Source of the DNA: a virus
Lineage: Duplodnaviria > Caudoviricetes
Strand: one strand, 5' to 3'
IMG/VR virus record: IMGVR_UViG_3300037067_015211
Coordinates: 148,569-212,568 of that record
DNA: 64,000 bases
Shown: one piece after another, positions 40,847 to 50,413 of the stretch
How the letters are laid out: each line of letters opens with the position of its first letter
How positions within the stretch are numbered: the first letter of the stretch is position 1
The notes under the pieces: model-generated
Told to the model about the DNA's origin: nothing
What the model saw: only the letters and a program-made list of their open reading frames with translations
Databases searched by the model: none
Translations under genes and position numbers: made by a program

Positions 40847-41800
40847 CTATCTCCTAAAATTTTTCTTTTTGTATGCTCTACTAAACTTAAAGTCTTTTAA
40901 TCCCTGCTTATGATCTTCAAAAAATTCTGATGTGGCATTTACGCCACTCATATAAAGCAGTTCCTTTTCCTGCTTCGTAATGCCAAAATTTGTAGAACTA
41001 ATATTAAACGTATCTATTACAACTATCCTATTTTTCCAATCTTCCGGTTCTATGTACAAATAATCTGCACCGCCGGAAATAAAATCTATAAGCCCACATA
41101 TATAATCATAGGGTCCGGTGACTTCTTTATATTTTTTATTTTTATCCAAATCTCGTAAAATAAATCCAACTGTTTTTATGCCACTATTTTTGAAGAGATA
41201 GATGGGCAACATACAGGACATTCCACCATCTACAAAATAAACCTTGCGGCCTAAACTATCCTTGATATTATATTGTTTGAAAAAGAATGGGATTGACATA
41301 GATGCCCTAATTGCATCTGCCACTGGAAATTTATCTGCATCAAGGCCATACATGTCTTCAAGATCGTCGGGCAATACAACTCCATGTGAATTAGACAAAT
41401 CAGACGCTATTACATGTAATTTGTAACCATCCTTTGTTTTTAAGTCTCCGAATGTCGTAATTCCCTTATCCTGCAATAGTTTAGCAATCCATTCCCTAAA
41501 AAATTTACCCTTATAAAGCCCATCTTCCCACAATGCCGTAATTAGACTGCCAATAAATGGTATATTGTTAGTCCACCATTTATCACAAAATTTATTGTAA
41601 TCAGTATCTTCAAGGATTTGCTTACATTCGTAAGCCGTATACCCAGCGGCCACCAGAGCCGCCATAATGGCCCCTGCGCTCGTTCCAGCAGTTTGGTTGA
41701 CCAAATACCCTTCTGTCTCACAAACTGAAATAGCACCCGTATACGCGCTTCCTCGAACGCCGCCACCCTGAAATACCATATTTAGTAATTTTTTAGCCAT
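40847..41800 (-). CDS. patatin-like phospholipase
   Basis: GGGVRG oxyanion loop, GTSAG nucleophile, ASMSIP, DGG catalytic Asp. Confidence 0.93.
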   Translation of the reverse strand: MAKKLLNMVFQGGGVRGSAYTGAISVCETEGYLVNQTAGTSAGAIMAALVAAGYTAYECKQILEDTDYNKFCDKWWTNNIPFIGSLITALWEDGLYKGKFFREWIAKLLQDKGITTFGDLKTKDGYKLHVIASDLSNSHGVVLPDDLEDMYGLDADKFPVADAIRASMSIPFFFKQYNIKDSLGRKVYFVDGGMSCMLPIYLFKNSGIKTVGFILRDLDKNKKYKEVTGPYDYICGLIDFISGGADYLYIEPEDWKNRIVVIDTFNISSTNFGITKQEKELLYMSGVNATSEFFEDHKQGLKDFKFSRAYKKKNFRR

Positions 41801-41807
41801 TTTGTTT

Positions 41808-42269
41808 CTACTTTAATAGTTTAGTTATGATTTCTTTGGCAAATTGATAAATTTTGTCAGACATCATAAAACTAACCAAAAGAGAAACTATTAGAAATAT
41901 TCTCCAAATTATTGCAAAAATATTGTCTTTAATTCTTTTTAACAATCCCCAAGTATGTTCGTTGTTTAAGTGATATATATTGTGTTCTTTTTTGAAAGAG
42001 CAGTTTTCATCATGCTCATCTACCATCTTTTTTACACGATCACCCAATAGATTGGCCACTTCTTCCCGAAATGTTATCCTGTCACAAATTTCGACAACCA
42101 ATGCTTTAATAAAATCAGAATCGCTAGGCATTTTTCTTGTGTATTCGGAAAACAATGATTTGATTCCATCTCTGGTTAGTCTTTCATCCCTAAGAATTTT
42201 ATTAATTCTATTTTCGATTTCCAAATCAATGTATTTTTTTGTTTCATCGCTTAGATTTCCATTCGACAT
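41808..42269 (-). CDS. membrane protein with single C-terminal TM helix (holin-like?)
   Basis: IFAIIWRIFLIVSLLVSFMM hydrophobic segment. Confidence 0.6.
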   Translation of the reverse strand: MSNGNLSDETKKYIDLEIENRINKILRDERLTRDGIKSLFSEYTRKMPSDSDFIKALVVEICDRITFREEVANLLGDRVKKMVDEHDENCSFKKEHNIYHLNNEHTWGLLKRIKDNIFAIIWRIFLIVSLLVSFMMSDKIYQFAKEIITKLLK

Positions 42270-42691
42270 TTTTTCTCGCTTTTTCTTGTTTGGAGCAAGC
42301 TGACAACCATGTCTAATTTGAAGCCTCGTTTCAACGCATCTGATGATAGCTTTTTAACTCGATTTTCTATATTTTTTGCAAAATTATTTAAATCCTTAAA
42401 TGGTTTTGATATACATATTTCGCTATCCTCTTTTTCTTCATTTGACATTAGGAGAATAATTGCATTTGGGTTTATTTTTTCTACCCCGTAAATAATTTTA
42501 AGGGCATTGCCATTTAATGTATCAAAATCCAACAAAACAATATCTTCTACGGTTTCTTCATATGTTTTAAGAAAGGCATCGGCATCGTCATATGTCGATA
42601 CATCTACATTTGCGCTTTCATCGTAAAAAAAATGTCTCACCGTTTCTTGTATCGCTCTATTATTGTCTACGACTGCCAATTGCCTTAACAT
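42251..42691 (-). CDS. stand-alone response-regulator receiver domain protein
   Basis: AVVDNN, DIVLLDFD (phospho-acceptor Asp), ILLMS, ISKPF. Confidence 0.8.
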   Translation of the reverse strand: MLRQLAVVDNNRAIQETVRHFFYDESANVDVSTYDDADAFLKTYEETVEDIVLLDFDTLNGNALKIIYGVEKINPNAIILLMSNEEKEDSEICISKPFKDLNNFAKNIENRVKKLSSDALKRGFKLDMVVSLLQTRKSEKKCRMEI

Positions 42692-42703
42692 ACTATATCT
42701 CCA

Positions 42704-43108
42704 TTAAGAAAAAATTGGACCGGGTAAATAGTTGTCTGCCGCCGCTTGATTAGTATCTAGTTGTTCTTGTGGAGAAAATTCGATATAATCTTTAAGTCCT
42801 TTAAGAATCTTGGGCTGTTCTGGGTCTGGATTGGAAATACCGTTTACCCACTGTATAAGATTTTCGTAGGAACGTTTATCGAGTGCCCCACGAATTTCGG
42901 CGGCTAAAAATGCAGGGACGGCAGTAGATGCGGCACACTGTAAAAAAATACCTGTCTTTAACCACTCGCGAAAATTATCCCAGTTCAAGGAATCGTGAAA
43001 CATTTGCTCAAACTCTTGGCGAGTCCATCCTAACGAGGCCAATACGGCCGGATCAGGATTTGCATCATCAATTTCTATCGGTCCATTTGGTGTATATACT
43101 GTGGTCAT
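42704..43108 (-). CDS. hypothetical protein (fibre assembly-like)
   Basis: 134-aa ORF after carbohydrate-binding genes. Confidence 0.55.
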   Translation of the reverse strand: MTTVYTPNGPIEIDDANPDPAVLASLGWTRQEFEQMFHDSLNWDNFREWLKTGIFLQCAASTAVPAFLAAEIRGALDKRSYENLIQWVNGISNPDPEQPKILKGLKDYIEFSPQEQLDTNQAAADNYLPGPIFS

Positions 43109-43557
43109 TATGCTGTCCTTTCAAAAGATATCATTTCGAAATATGTCGCATATCCCGTTCCCGTTTTTGTATCACACAGTAAAGTTACTGTATGTGAACC
43201 AGCCGATATTTCGATATTTGCGGTGCTAAAATCTGGAAGATAAGTGGCGGCTATATTCGTATCATATCCACTATCGTTAACAGTGACTCCGTCGATCTGA
43301 ATTTTCAAAATCCCACGGTTTGCGGCAGTAATACAAAATGCTCGTAATGTATAAGTACCTTTTGCAAAATAAAAATTCCACGAATGGTTGTCCCCACTAT
43401 CAGCAGAACTTTGCCCATATCCACTATTCAGAGAAGAACCATCATCAATAGTAGCCGTAAAAGTTCCTTGACCAGTAGAATCTGGCGGCATGGTTAGGGG
43501 AAAAATTACTATCGGAGAAGCTCCCCCCACGTCCTTGAGAATCGTTGTCGTACCCAC
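43108..43557 (-). CDS. CBM6/35-like beta-sandwich protein
   Basis: AKGTYTLR...RGILKIQIDG...AGSHTVTL. Confidence 0.65.
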   Translation of the reverse strand: MGTTTILKDVGGASPIVIFPLTMPPDSTGQGTFTATIDDGSSLNSGYGQSSADSGDNHSWNFYFAKGTYTLRAFCITAANRGILKIQIDGVTVNDSGYDTNIAATYLPDFSTANIEISAGSHTVTLLCDTKTGTGYATYFEMISFERTA

Positions 43558-44480
43558 TATGCTGTCCTCTTCAAAAGCATGGAACTGAAACCATGTATGA
43601 CATAGGCCGAGGATGAAGCATTCTTTCCGTTACATACTGCACGTAAAGTATGTATGCGGTTTGGATTGGTTATTGTTATGTTTGTTTGAGTAGTAAATAT
43701 TCTCGCTGTAGCCGCCGCATACATGTCTAGCGAGAACTTATAAACATCATCAATATACCAGTCGATAATTCCGGCATTATTTTGTACCTGATGATATTGA
43801 ATGGCGGTATATGTTCCAGCGGCGGCAATAAAATTCACTGACCAACTATCCCCATCGGCGACAGTTGACGAAAGCCACGGTTGTATTCCATACAGGAAAT
43901 TGGCGTTTGTGCTAGTGTTACGATACCATGTCCCGACTAAAGCAGTTGCCGCACAATTTATCGATGGGATGATAAGTATCGGAGACACACATTCTTGCTC
44001 TTCCGGATTGGTCGCCGTTCCGATAACGTAGGACGTTGGTTTCCATGATATGCCATAGAATCGATTTAGGTATCCAGTCGAGGATGCGTTGTGCCCATCA
44101 GTCAAAAGTTTTATGGCGTGTTTACCGTTGCCTATTGTTATTCCCGTGAATGACGCGAAAGTATTTAAATCACTAACGCCATAACAGTCTTGTGAACTTA
44201 TATAGTTATCGTCCACGTATAACTTGACTATTGAGCGATTTGTCGCTCTACCATAGTCAAGGCGCATTGTGTATGTACCCGCTGGAAGCCAAATGTTATG
44301 TGTATAGTTATCGCCATCGGCGTTACTGGCTAGGTTATTGAAGTCTGCGTTATATTTATAAAATCCAACGAATTGAGTAGTAACCCAAGTACCTTGCCCC
44401 ACACTATCCGCTCCCATGTGTCCGGGATGATAGAACAGCGGTAAATTTCCGCCCGGCTTCATAAAAGATGTTATGCCCAT
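43557..44480 (-). CDS. tandem CBM6/35-like protein
   Basis: Two copies of DGD...AGTYT...YVDD/YIDD...H.I/L module. Confidence 0.65.
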   Translation of the reverse strand: MGITSFMKPGGNLPLFYHPGHMGADSVGQGTWVTTQFVGFYKYNADFNNLASNADGDNYTHNIWLPAGTYTMRLDYGRATNRSIVKLYVDDNYISSQDCYGVSDLNTFASFTGITIGNGKHAIKLLTDGHNASSTGYLNRFYGISWKPTSYVIGTATNPEEQECVSPILIIPSINCAATALVGTWYRNTSTNANFLYGIQPWLSSTVADGDSWSVNFIAAAGTYTAIQYHQVQNNAGIIDWYIDDVYKFSLDMYAAATARIFTTQTNITITNPNRIHTLRAVCNGKNASSSAYVIHGFSSMLLKRTA

Positions 44481-45358
44481 TAAGAAGTCTCCAACGTTAC
44501 GGCACCATGAGAGATTCTAAGTGAACTGGTAGCACTATCCATTGTTTCAATAGTACCAGTTGTATTTTGCGTTTCAATCTGGGCAAATCCACCGGCGATT
44601 GTATTTACACCTATGTAATTGATATAATCACCGGTATTCGCTATAAATCTAAGTCCACCATTTGTAGCTGGATTTTGCACCGCAAACCAAATTCCACCTT
44701 CAGCAGATGGCAACGTTACAGCCGCCATACCACTAGAATATGATGATATTGTTTTGCCGCTATCGTCCGTGGTTAAAGTATGTGGGGCACCAATGCCACT
44801 CGCGGCCGGAATTAAAATAACTGTTCTTTGGCCAGATGCAGAGCCACCTGCTTCCACATCCGTAGTTCCGCGCATCAAATGGCTGTCACTTGCTCTAACC
44901 CAAACTGTATTGTCCCCACCGGGATTAGATGCTTTTGCAATAAAATCTATACCACTATGGGATAAAATTCCGCTCGTAGCCTCAATAATAGTAAATTTAA
45001 CATTATCGGTTGTATTAAGGCTTTGGTCATAGGCTGTTCCACCACCACCAACACCAGATTCAACATCTGTGTCGCCGCGCATCAGATGTCCGCTCGCTTG
45101 AGATACCCATAATGTTGATGCGCCACCCGGATTTGACGCCTTGGCAATAAAATCAATTCCACTTTGAACCACAATTCCACTTGAAACTTCAATTATGCTT
45201 TGTTTGGCATATGTATCGGCGGTTAATATTTTATTTTGAATAGCGGAAACATAAGCCGCATAATCATTGCCGCTAATACCGCTTGTACCAACAAACATTA
45301 ATGCATTGTCCGGTATGCCAGACAATACGGTTAGTTGTGTAATATTTTTGTCGGCCAT
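44480..45358 (-). CDS. virion fibre/appendage protein
   Basis: MADKNITQL start; ~48-aa internal duplication (SGIDFIAKASNPGG...HLMRG.TDVE). Confidence 0.65.
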   Translation of the reverse strand: MADKNITQLTVLSGIPDNALMFVGTSGISGNDYAAYVSAIQNKILTADTYAKQSIIEVSSGIVVQSGIDFIAKASNPGGASTLWVSQASGHLMRGDTDVESGVGGGGTAYDQSLNTTDNVKFTIIEATSGILSHSGIDFIAKASNPGGDNTVWVRASDSHLMRGTTDVEAGGSASGQRTVILIPAASGIGAPHTLTTDDSGKTISSYSSGMAAVTLPSAEGGIWFAVQNPATNGGLRFIANTGDYINYIGVNTIAGGFAQIETQNTTGTIETMDSATSSLRISHGAVTLETS

Positions 45359-45404
45359 GTCTTTGTTCTCCTGTATTTATAATAGCAAAAAAAATGCTTA
45401 TAAT

Positions 45405-47441
45405 TTATTCTGAAGGCATCCAATATCTTCCTTGCCCCTCATTTGACAATAATTGTGCCGCCGTTAAATTAAGATCGTCATGCCAAATATATACCTCGTC
45501 AATCGTGCCATTAAAATAATCTGTACTTGACCCGCTTTTATGACCAAGATATGTGCCAGACGCAGAAACCGTATTGTCTAATGGCCCCATAGTTCTATAC
45601 GGTGTGCCGCCCGATGGATTAAAAGACGAAATAGTTGTATCTAGCCAAGCAGAACCGTTTACAAAAATACGAATTGTATCACCGGTTGTATTAGCGGACA
45701 TTAAGATATGATACCATGTATCTGTTGAAAGTGTTAAATCAGTATATGGCATAGCTTCGCCTAAATCATCCTTAAGAACTACTGAAATTTTACCGAAGGT
45801 TGAAATGAAAAGACGAAATCTATCGTCTGATGCTGAAGAGTCTGTGCTATCATACAAAATCGTATGCTGTGTGCCGATACTATTTAGTTTTATCCAACAT
45901 GAAGCACTTATTTTTGTAACACCCTGTGAAAATCCCAAAACATTAGTAAAATATTGTTTATACGTTTTATTCATTGCAATGGCAATAAAGCTTGTTCCAT
46001 TTCCCATTGTATATGATTGCGGCGTACCGGTATATTGCGGTGTTAAATCTAAATCTCCCTTTGAATCTGTAGTGTCAAATTCCCATTTCCATGCGTGTTT
46101 TAAATTTTCTCCATAAGCATCAAGAGTAGCGTTATTAAAACTATCGTTGCCAAGATTTGCCACTTTTGTTATACTACCGCCACCTGTAGTGTATTTCAAA
46201 ATATTCAAGCTACCTTCAGGCGCAGATGCCGCTTGATGTAAATTATTGTCACCCTCAAGATAAACATGCCAATCTGTTTTGTCGTCCAATAATGCCGTAG
46301 TGCCGCTTTCAATTGAATACAAATTGCCGTTGTATTTCCATTCACCAGCAGTATAATCTGCGTTTAACCCACTAGAAATAGTAAACATTGGTTGTGTAAT
46401 TATATATGTTTCTATCGGTATTGAATTTGTACGACACAAAACTAATCGTCCACCACCATCCCGTAATCTAAAATCTCTACCATCTTGTGTTAAAAAGCTA
46501 TCACAAAAATTAGTGCTATATAGGAGATAATACACATTTTGTGTATTTGTTGTATAATCCCAATCGTCACAAACATCGCCATCGACTGCACCAACAAGCC
46601 ATGTTTCATCTGCGTTAACAAATTCTTGTCCTTGATTCATAAAACCAAAACGATCACATGTTATTGTTCCTACAATTGTTTCAACTAAAATTGATAATGT
46701 TCTTATAGAGCCAGTTTCAGCAACCATATCAGCATAAGATGTATAAAAATCAACAGTCATTGTTGTACCATCACTTTTTGTTCTTGCCCAATATTCCGTG
46801 TCAATTACAATGTCTCCATCAGAACCAATTGAATATTTTGTCCCACCAACAGAATTTGAAACAAGAAAATATGGTGCTCCAGCATTGGTAACTGTAAAAA
46901 TAATTGAATTTGGAGTTGGAGAGTTAACACCGGAGTTAAAAAGACCAAACCAAATTGTAAAATCAGAATTAATGACAGTTCTTTTAAAGTTTACCCAATA
47001 ATCAAATTCTGATGTCTCAAGATAATTTTGTTTTGTATTTCGTAAATAACTTATTTTTTTTGTGGTAGAATTTTCATTTTTGAAAAAAAGTTGTAATTTA
47101 TCTGCAACAAAGCTAACCGCACTTGTTCCACCGCCAGAAATGGTTTCAGTCCAACCAGAAAGCGTTTCTCCACTTTCATCTGGATGATCTGTTTCATTCC
47201 ATGTTTCACCATTAGCACAACCAGCATGTCTTGTTGTCGAAGATGAAGATGTTTTTACTGTTCGATAAACATATTTGTTTCCATTATTTGTATCTGTACA
47301 CTCAGTAAATCCATATGTGTAGTCATCCCAGAGCAAAACATGATCGTCATTTGCAGGAATAATCATGCCAGCACCAGAAACACTTTCATATGGCGCGGCA
47401 CTTTGGTTTGCATTAAACCATTTTCTTGTTAATTTCCCCAT
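45405..47441 (-). CDS. LamG-domain virion protein
   Basis: SASCWIK...TWYHI...IRIFVNG...FNGTIDEVYIW. Confidence 0.75.
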   Translation of the reverse strand: MGKLTRKWFNANQSAAPYESVSGAGMIIPANDDHVLLWDDYTYGFTECTDTNNGNKYVYRTVKTSSSSTTRHAGCANGETWNETDHPDESGETLSGWTETISGGGTSAVSFVADKLQLFFKNENSTTKKISYLRNTKQNYLETSEFDYWVNFKRTVINSDFTIWFGLFNSGVNSPTPNSIIFTVTNAGAPYFLVSNSVGGTKYSIGSDGDIVIDTEYWARTKSDGTTMTVDFYTSYADMVAETGSIRTLSILVETIVGTITCDRFGFMNQGQEFVNADETWLVGAVDGDVCDDWDYTTNTQNVYYLLYSTNFCDSFLTQDGRDFRLRDGGGRLVLCRTNSIPIETYIITQPMFTISSGLNADYTAGEWKYNGNLYSIESGTTALLDDKTDWHVYLEGDNNLHQAASAPEGSLNILKYTTGGGSITKVANLGNDSFNNATLDAYGENLKHAWKWEFDTTDSKGDLDLTPQYTGTPQSYTMGNGTSFIAIAMNKTYKQYFTNVLGFSQGVTKISASCWIKLNSIGTQHTILYDSTDSSASDDRFRLFISTFGKISVVLKDDLGEAMPYTDLTLSTDTWYHILMSANTTGDTIRIFVNGSAWLDTTISSFNPSGGTPYRTMGPLDNTVSASGTYLGHKSGSSTDYFNGTIDEVYIWHDDLNLTAAQLLSNEGQGRYWMPSE

Positions 47442-47453
47442 TTAGCGTCTTCT

Positions 47454-47687
47454 TTATAGTGTGAAAAGTTGACGATAATAAACATCTGTTGTTGTTTTTA
47501 TTGTCTCAAATACATATTCATTGCCAGTGTCAGTATCCGTACAAATAGTAAATCCTGTTGTATTGTCTTCCCAATCGTCAGTGTGGCTATTGTCTAGCGG
47601 ATATATTAAACCAGCCCCCGACAATAAAGCATAAGGCACAAAACTTTCCGTTGTATAGTTGGTCCAATTTTTATTTATTTTTGTCAT
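47454..47687 (-). CDS. small virion protein
   Basis: Start MTKINKNW; paralogous to N-terminus of 45405-47441. Confidence 0.65.
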   Translation of the reverse strand: MTKINKNWTNYTTESFVPYALLSGAGLIYPLDNSHTDDWEDNTTGFTICTDTDTGNEYVFETIKTTTDVYYRQLFTL

Positions 47688-47695
47688 AGGAGTCC

Positions 47696-48835
47696 TTATG
47701 CAAAATATGTAACTATAATTACATCGTTTTCTGTCCAATCTCCTGTTAAGCCAGAATGCCCATCGACATTTTTAAAATATATTTTATTTGTATCCATTTC
47801 AAAATCAGGTGTAGACCCAGTTGCGCCAACAATAGATTTATTGATTTGCATAGGCCCACCATCTGGAAATGCCGATACGGAGATTGGATTTATTGGCGTA
47901 TTGTTTAGTGAGAAGTAACCACTAGCATAATCCCCCCCCGATATTTTATGCGCTTCACTTATTGTCCTGTTTGTGTTATAAATACCAGATGCGTAAGATG
48001 TCAGGGTGTCAATTTCATTTAATAATTGGCTATTAATTCCAGAAGCATAAGAAATTGTTGTATCTAAAAGATTATCTATCCCAGATGCAAAAGTCGAAAC
48101 AACAGACAACGATGCATCAAGCTTTCCAATAGCAATATTATGAGTGTCACCATTTGTAATATAAATATTGCTTGCATATGTTGGAGTCGATGCTGTTTTT
48201 TGTGTGCCATCATCTTCACCAACTTTGTTCGATAAATTATCGACATTTGCTTGAATGGCGGCAGTGCCAAGGTTTACTAATTCATCTATATTGCCAGAAC
48301 TTGTAGTATATCTGACCAACCCAATTCGACCATCAGGAATATAACTTCCATGATGTAAGGATGTATCGCCCTCTAAATAAATGTACCAATTTGTTTTGTC
48401 GTCTAACAATGTTTCAGTCGATGGAGAAATAGAATAAGATGTTCCATCGTATTTCCAAGAACCAGCCGTATAGTCTGCATCTAGCCCACCGGCATCTGTA
48501 AAAATTGGTTGTGTAATTACATATGTGTCTTGTACTGAGCCGCCTCCGCCAATCTCAGTCCATGAAGCATAGCCGTCCGCAACTTTATAATGTTTATTGT
48601 CAGAAATAAGATAATAAATTCTTCCGGCCAAACCAGATGAAGCCGATGGCAAACTATCTGTATAATAAACAGGATCGCCATTAACAAATGTTACCTTCAA
48701 AGCATTTGTTGCATCATCAAACACTGCGTTTAAAACATGTTCATTGCTAAGAAGCGTAGTGGTATTTAATCCACTTATTAGATGAACGGTATTTAAAATA
48801 TATTGGTTTGAATAGAATGTCATATTTGACTCCAA
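47696..48835 (-). CDS. virion (head fibre-like) protein
   Basis: Directly after capsid gene; shares ~85-aa module with 45405-47441. Confidence 0.65.
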   Translation of the reverse strand: MESNMTFYSNQYILNTVHLISGLNTTTLLSNEHVLNAVFDDATNALKVTFVNGDPVYYTDSLPSASSGLAGRIYYLISDNKHYKVADGYASWTEIGGGGSVQDTYVITQPIFTDAGGLDADYTAGSWKYDGTSYSISPSTETLLDDKTNWYIYLEGDTSLHHGSYIPDGRIGLVRYTTSSGNIDELVNLGTAAIQANVDNLSNKVGEDDGTQKTASTPTYASNIYITNGDTHNIAIGKLDASLSVVSTFASGIDNLLDTTISYASGINSQLLNEIDTLTSYASGIYNTNRTISEAHKISGGDYASGYFSLNNTPINPISVSAFPDGGPMQINKSIVGATGSTPDFEMDTNKIYFKNVDGHSGLTGDWTENDVIIVTYFA

Positions 48836-48894
48836 ATAAAAAATATCTTCTTATAAATAATAGTGATTAAAAAAAGGAATATATAATTACAAAT

Positions 48895-48931
48895 AAAAAA
48901 AGCGGAGAGTTTTAAGGCTCTCCGCTTTTTT
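48895..48931. terminator. bidirectional rho-independent terminator after major capsid gene
   Basis: AAAAAAGCGGAGAG-loop-CTCTCCGCTTTTTT. Confidence 0.9.
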
Positions 48932-48943
48932 GTTCTCGATTTA

Positions 48944-49828
48944 TTACGAGAGGAGGATTCGGCAAACACCGCCAGTGATGAGAATTGTGGGAACAACGTA
49001 TTCGAAGAATACGAGTCCTTCTTCGAGCAAGCCGATACCGTAGCCAGCGGCGTCTTTCGAAGAAATCTCAATCTGGATGGTGAATACACCGAGATGCTCG
49101 GGTACTGCGCTGACGAATGCGCGATTCTGGGGGAGAATACGAGTAGGAATCTGTCGGACAGCCGCGCCCCAGAGGTCTCCCATGAGGCCGGTCTTGACCA
49201 ATTCCTGTTGTTTCTCACGACCGAAATCAGCATCAGTCCATGTGAGGAAGTTGGCGTAATTCTTGCTGTTGACGACGATATTGCCTACAGGAGCATTACG
49301 GTCGATGATCTGAACGTATGCTTCGGCAAGGCAGTCACGCGACAGCGAGGAATACGAACTTACGAGGTCATTGTAGGCAGAGCCAAGTGTGGAACCGGCT
49401 GTGGGTGTGGCGGCAAGGAAAGCGTTCAGTGTATCGGTGTCTTCCTTTTCCGCCATCTTGGCCTGCGCCTTGAGGCTGTGCTGGTCGATTAAATTATAAT
49501 TTGCGGTCTCGATGTCAACAATCGGGAAGCGCAAGAGAGCAGTGATGGGATATGAACGCGGCTCAACCCATTCGTCCGTGATATAGGTTGTGGGCACTTG
49601 GCCATGCTCGGAAATTGTTACTGCAACAAGATCCGCGTCCTTGTGATACTTGGGGTACTTGTCGAGGCCCACATTGTGCTTGAGAAGCAGTTTTGTGGTA
49701 TGACCAACCCAGTATTTACCCTCAAGGAACGGCCCATAAATGTTCTCTTGGGCAATGCGCTGACGACCTTCACTGGTCTTCAGCAAACTTGCAAACTCAC
49801 GCGCGTATCGATCCATTTCATTCTCCAT
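48944..49828 (-). CDS. major capsid protein (HK97 fold)
   Basis: 294 aa after protease/scaffold and decoration genes, raised GC3, AEKED..L, LMGDLWGAAV, strong terminator. Confidence 0.8.
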   Translation of the reverse strand: MENEMDRYAREFASLLKTSEGRQRIAQENIYGPFLEGKYWVGHTTKLLLKHNVGLDKYPKYHKDADLVAVTISEHGQVPTTYITDEWVEPRSYPITALLRFPIVDIETANYNLIDQHSLKAQAKMAEKEDTDTLNAFLAATPTAGSTLGSAYNDLVSSYSSLSRDCLAEAYVQIIDRNAPVGNIVVNSKNYANFLTWTDADFGREKQQELVKTGLMGDLWGAAVRQIPTRILPQNRAFVSAVPEHLGVFTIQIEISSKDAAGYGIGLLEEGLVFFEYVVPTILITGGVCRILLS

Positions 49829-49874
49829 TTCATGTTTAAAATTTTACAGTTTTAAAGAACAAATTAATTCTCAA

Positions 49875-50324
49875 TTAGTCGCCTGTTGAAGCGAAGTCAA
49901 TGTTGCCGTCAACAACATCAGCGTCCGCATCCCAATGGCCAACAAGCTTGGTTCCAACGCCACTGGCCGCGATTGTGGTCAGTGCGCCAGTCGAATCAAA
50001 ATAAATGTCGTCGCCATGAGCGAGAGATGCAGAAATACCAGAAGCGAAGGTGCCTGCACTTGTGAACTCGTTGTTATACGCTTCAGGAGCGAATACAACT
50101 TTGTCCATGATAATTGCAACGCTTGTCTGCCCGTCAGAAGCTTTCTTGCCTTCAACAATAAATCCCTTGGGATAATTGTCGGTTGTCGGAACTTCCAAAG
50201 CACCTGTTGTTCCAACCTGTCCTACACGACCGGGAATCCACTGATCCGTGTCCGTCACTGTGGCACTTCGGCGCATATATCCACCGCGCTTGATGTCCAG
50301 CATAATTGTTTTGCTTCGACCCAT
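49875..50324 (-). CDS. capsid decoration protein
   Basis: 149 aa between scaffold and capsid; GDDIYFDSTGALT pattern. Confidence 0.65.
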   Translation of the reverse strand: MGRSKTIMLDIKRGGYMRRSATVTDTDQWIPGRVGQVGTTGALEVPTTDNYPKGFIVEGKKASDGQTSVAIIMDKVVFAPEAYNNEFTSAGTFASGISASLAHGDDIYFDSTGALTTIAASGVGTKLVGHWDADADVVDGNIDFASTGD

Positions 50325-50413
50325 GTTACGTTCTCCTTTTTTTAAAATTTGTTTGGCTTTCGCCTATCACATTGTATAATAGCTAAAAAGAGCGTTTTTA
50401 TATTTTTTTATTT

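Noticed and set aside
40847-41800. CBASS CapV defence effector
   Set aside because: No CD-NTase or ancillary genes nearby; context is a phage late operon.
11364-48835. Diversity-generating retroelement acting on fibre genes
   Set aside because: No reverse transcriptase and no adenine-specific TR/VR pair noticed; shared modules are diverged protein-level paralogues.
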